Below, in pieces: positions 60,501 through 64,000 of a stretch of DNA of 64,000 bases; positions within the stretch are counted from its first letter, which is position 1, and the number at the start of each line of letters is the position of its first letter. Source of the stretch: Lytechinus pictus (Eukaryota); NCBI RefSeq assembly GCF_037042905.1, contig NC_087250.1:27592001-27656000 (forward strand), in the 5' to 3' direction. Made by a program: the position numbers and the translations under genes. The notes beneath the pieces are model-generated. The model made no database searches. It was not told the origin of the DNA and saw only the letters and a list, made by a program, of their open reading frames with translations.

Positions 60501-61072
60501 ATAGGCAAATAAATTATAGAAATGAGGAGAGGGGTTGGAGGGGAAAGTTCCATCCCTCAGTTTTTCTCAAATTTTGATATGCAAGAATGTTTAACTGCAT
60601 GTATGTTTTGTGCTCTAGACAAAAACATCAGATTATCATTAGCGAAACTTCATAAATTATCTTCTTTATTGTTATTTGATAATTTTTTTTAGGAATTCAC
60701 CCCGAATGAAAAATGAAATTTTAACACAATCCGCCGGTATATTATGTTAATAATATTCCATTGCGTGTCAACAAACACTATTTTATTACGTTGATAATAT
60801 TTACTGCGTGTCAACAGAGACGGTACCATTATGTCGATAATAATGTCCCGACATCCACTGGAACGGTAACGAAAAAAAGCGAAACAATAATACAAGAGAA
60901 ACAATTGATTTGATGGGTGTTTTATAAAGCTGTTCGTAATAAACGTACGAATGACTTTACGCAAGGCTGGTACATGAATTGAATTGAATTGAATTTATTT
61001 GAACTTCACTGGCAATTGTCAATATTTTGTTCGAAACAAGAAGTACAAAATGATACAAAACAAATATACATT

Positions 61073-62488
61073 CAGTGGCGTAACTACGGGGGGGCATGGG
61101 GGGGCACGTGCCCCCCCCCCCCCCCCAATCGGCTGGCAAAAAAAAAAAAAAAAAAAAAAAACGGGGAAAAAGAGAAAAAGAGGGAGAAAGGGAGAGATTG
61201 AAGCGTAATCGGAAAAGAGAAATCATTGTTCATTTTAATGCTATATTATATTATAATAATGTTATGTATTACGTAAAAAACATTTTTTCAGAACTTTATG
61301 AAACATAATTTGTTCAGAGCCTATGTTTTCATTGTTCCTGGTGCTCGCATTGTCTGTTTAACGAGATATATAATCCTGTTGTACTAAAACCTCCGTTTTC
61401 AAGTCAATATACACCAAATGTATTTCCTCGCACTTCGAATTATTATTGTTTTATGTATATTGACATATGCTTCTTTATCATGACTGTTTAAAGTGATTGC
61501 CCCATTTTAAGGTCTTAATATAAAACATTTCCTGACCGTGCTTACGTTCGCATTAGTGAATTGGTGAGATATGTCTGCTCTTCATGAATTCCTAAAATCA
61601 GTCCTTAAAATGTCCCTTTTCTGATCTGAATATCAAAAATTTTCAGCTCGTACTTCGCGCTCGAATCATTTGGTTAGTGAAATACGTATGGTCTTCATGG
61701 ATTCCTACAAACAAGCCTTAGAATGTCCCTCTTCGGGTCTGAATTTCCTAAATTTTCAGCTCGCGCTTTGTGCTCGCAATATTTGATTAGTGAGATGCGT
61801 ATGATAATCATTATTACAATGACTACAAACAGTGATTCATGTGTTTAGATATAATTCTGACAAAATCAGCATGCGCTTGGCATTCGCATTAGATGGCTAT
61901 GGTGAGATATGTATACTCTTAATGGATTCCTTAAAAAATTTCCCTATTTTGGTTCAATATATACAAAAATTTTAGCTCGCGCTTCGCGCTCGCATCATTT
62001 GGTTGGTGAAATACGCATGTTAATCATGATTACAATGACTACAAGTGCTTCATGTGTTTAGATGTAATTCTAACAAAATCAGCTATCGCTTAGCACTCGC
62101 ATAAGATGACTATGGTGAGATATGTGTACTCTTTATGGATTCCTAAAATATAGTCCTTAAAATATCCCTGTTTGGGGTCAATATATACAAAAATTTAAGC
62201 TCGCGCTTCGCGCTTGCATTGTTTGTTTAGCGAGAAAGGTACGTATTATGATTACAAAAAAATGCTTATAATGTTCCTTTTTAGGTCTGAATATCGAAAA
62301 ATTTCAGCTCGCGCTTCGCGCTCGCATTATTTGATCAGTAAGATACATATTCGTTTAATGGCACTGTCCTTAAAATGTCTCTATTCGGTCAGTATACCTG
62401 GCAACTGAGTGCGCTTCGCGCGCTCACTAAGTGACTCAATTTTTTTTGCTGGTGCCCCCCCAATGCCATGACTCATGGTACGCCACTG
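61073..62488. mobile_element. Non-autonomous hAT-like element with GCTCGCGCTTCGCGCTCGC repeats
   Basis: TIR CAGTGGCGTA / TACGCCACTG and 8-bp TSD TATACATT (61065-61072, 62489-62496). Confidence 0.88.
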
Positions 62489-64000
62489 TATACATTGCAA
62501 TGAATATAAGCAAATAAACAAAAAACAAAATAGTATTTCGTAAAAAAAGAAAAAGGAGAATCAACTTATATATAAAAATATACACAACAAACATAAGAAT
62601 CATTCGGATAGATAATTTGACAATGGATATAGAGACTGATATCCAAGAAAATATAGAAACATAAAGAAAGTGAGAGTGGAGAGGAAAATAAAGAGGAAAG
62701 AAGTTCGAAAATGGAGAAAGCGGGAAAGAGAGGAAGACTGAGAAGAATGGCATTACATGTAAACTCATTGTATAAAAACTGTTCTCAGGTGATGAAGTCA
62801 GCTACATAGGTATCCGTTAACCAAAGAAAGGTTCAACAGTCATGTTACGTCATTCGTCATAACTCACGGGCAGCTTTATGAAAAACACAGCCGAGAGATT
62901 TTCACATCGACTGCTAAAAAAATATTGGCCAAACATTTGATTTCCATTATTGAAATCAACTCCATTTAAAGTATGTACGTTTACATGTACGGTTTGAAGG
63001 TATGACGAAATGATTGTTTACGCGAAAAGAAGGAGATAATATTCTAAACTCTGTTAACGAGAGCCGCTGTAGAAAATCATACCACGGCAATTATAGACGT
63101 TAGTAGAAATAAACAAGTGACATTGATTATGCGCTTTGAGTACTCCACAAAGTGGATTTGGTGGGTTTTTTAAACATTAATTTTATTAATTTTATCATCA
63201 TATATTTATGTATATGATATACGTTGAGAAAATATTAATTTTCAAATGTTTCTTAATCGTATGATTAACGTTAAATAGATCAGAGAGTGTTTGTATGTGA
63301 CAGATAATGGTATTTTATTCATTACAAAACTACACGACTAAGACCAGACTTTCTTTAAATCTTTTTAGCCGAGTCCGTTAGGTATTATTAATCATTTTCA
63401 AGCAAACCATTACTCTTGTATTGGTGTTATTAAAGAGATTTGAATTTTTCGCTTGCATGATCGTGGTAATCATTTTGGAAGAAAAGACACTTCACTTTAA
63501 ACAGCATTTGTATAATAAGTGATAGGAATATAGGATTCTTGACCAAACTTGTAAAGTGTTTTAGTTACTTAAGAAAACTTATTTTATTTGACAGTTTTTA
63601 TTTATATTTCTTGTGTACTGTAAAAAGCAACTATAAAAAAATATAGCCGCTATGTTCTATTGGGATTCGAACCTTTGACACAATAAACACCATCACGGAG
63701 CGACTAATAAAGATTTCAACAATTTTGTACTCATTACTAGGAATCAAGAACTATTACTTTACATATATTTGAAAGCCTACAGTAATTTTCTACAGCCTCT
63801 GCTATCACATGTAAGTCAGGTTCCCAACGTTTGTTACACACTCTAGTGTACCCTATAACATCAGTTAATTCAAACAACTACACCACTGTCATATTGAATT
63901 TATGTTCAATACTTCACCAAAATAATATATCAAAATATGATAACACAACACAAGAAATACATTTAATTATTAAATTATAAAGAATAAAGAAGATTATGAC

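Overview
AT-rich, intron-containing animal genomic DNA. The repeat families look like sea urchin/echinoderm to me, but that is an inference. Host genes: (1) a seven-coding-exon mitochondrial release factor gene (MTRF1L type, PKT and GGQ motifs, 39506-49206); (2) two paralogous B-box/coiled-coil/beta-propeller (RING-less TRIM-like) genes in a segmental duplication, one intact (54513-56165) and one frameshifted (112-1780), whose differences cluster in short propeller patches. Much of the rest is transposable elements: an intact Ty3/Gypsy LTR retrotransposon (9182-16737); a four-level nest (Penelope-like element > CACTA-like TIR element > non-autonomous LTR element with a dead protease > SINE); and many MITEs, tRNA-SINEs and an L2 fragment. 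Most notable: a young ~180-bp SINE, present twice, whose head matches the 7SL RNA Alu domain (32/42 nt ungapped to human 7SL as recalled). Also a minimal hammerhead ribozyme in the Penelope 3' region, and tandem copying of three exon ends in MTRF1L, two of them including the splice donor. All alignments were done by eye; no database searches were run.
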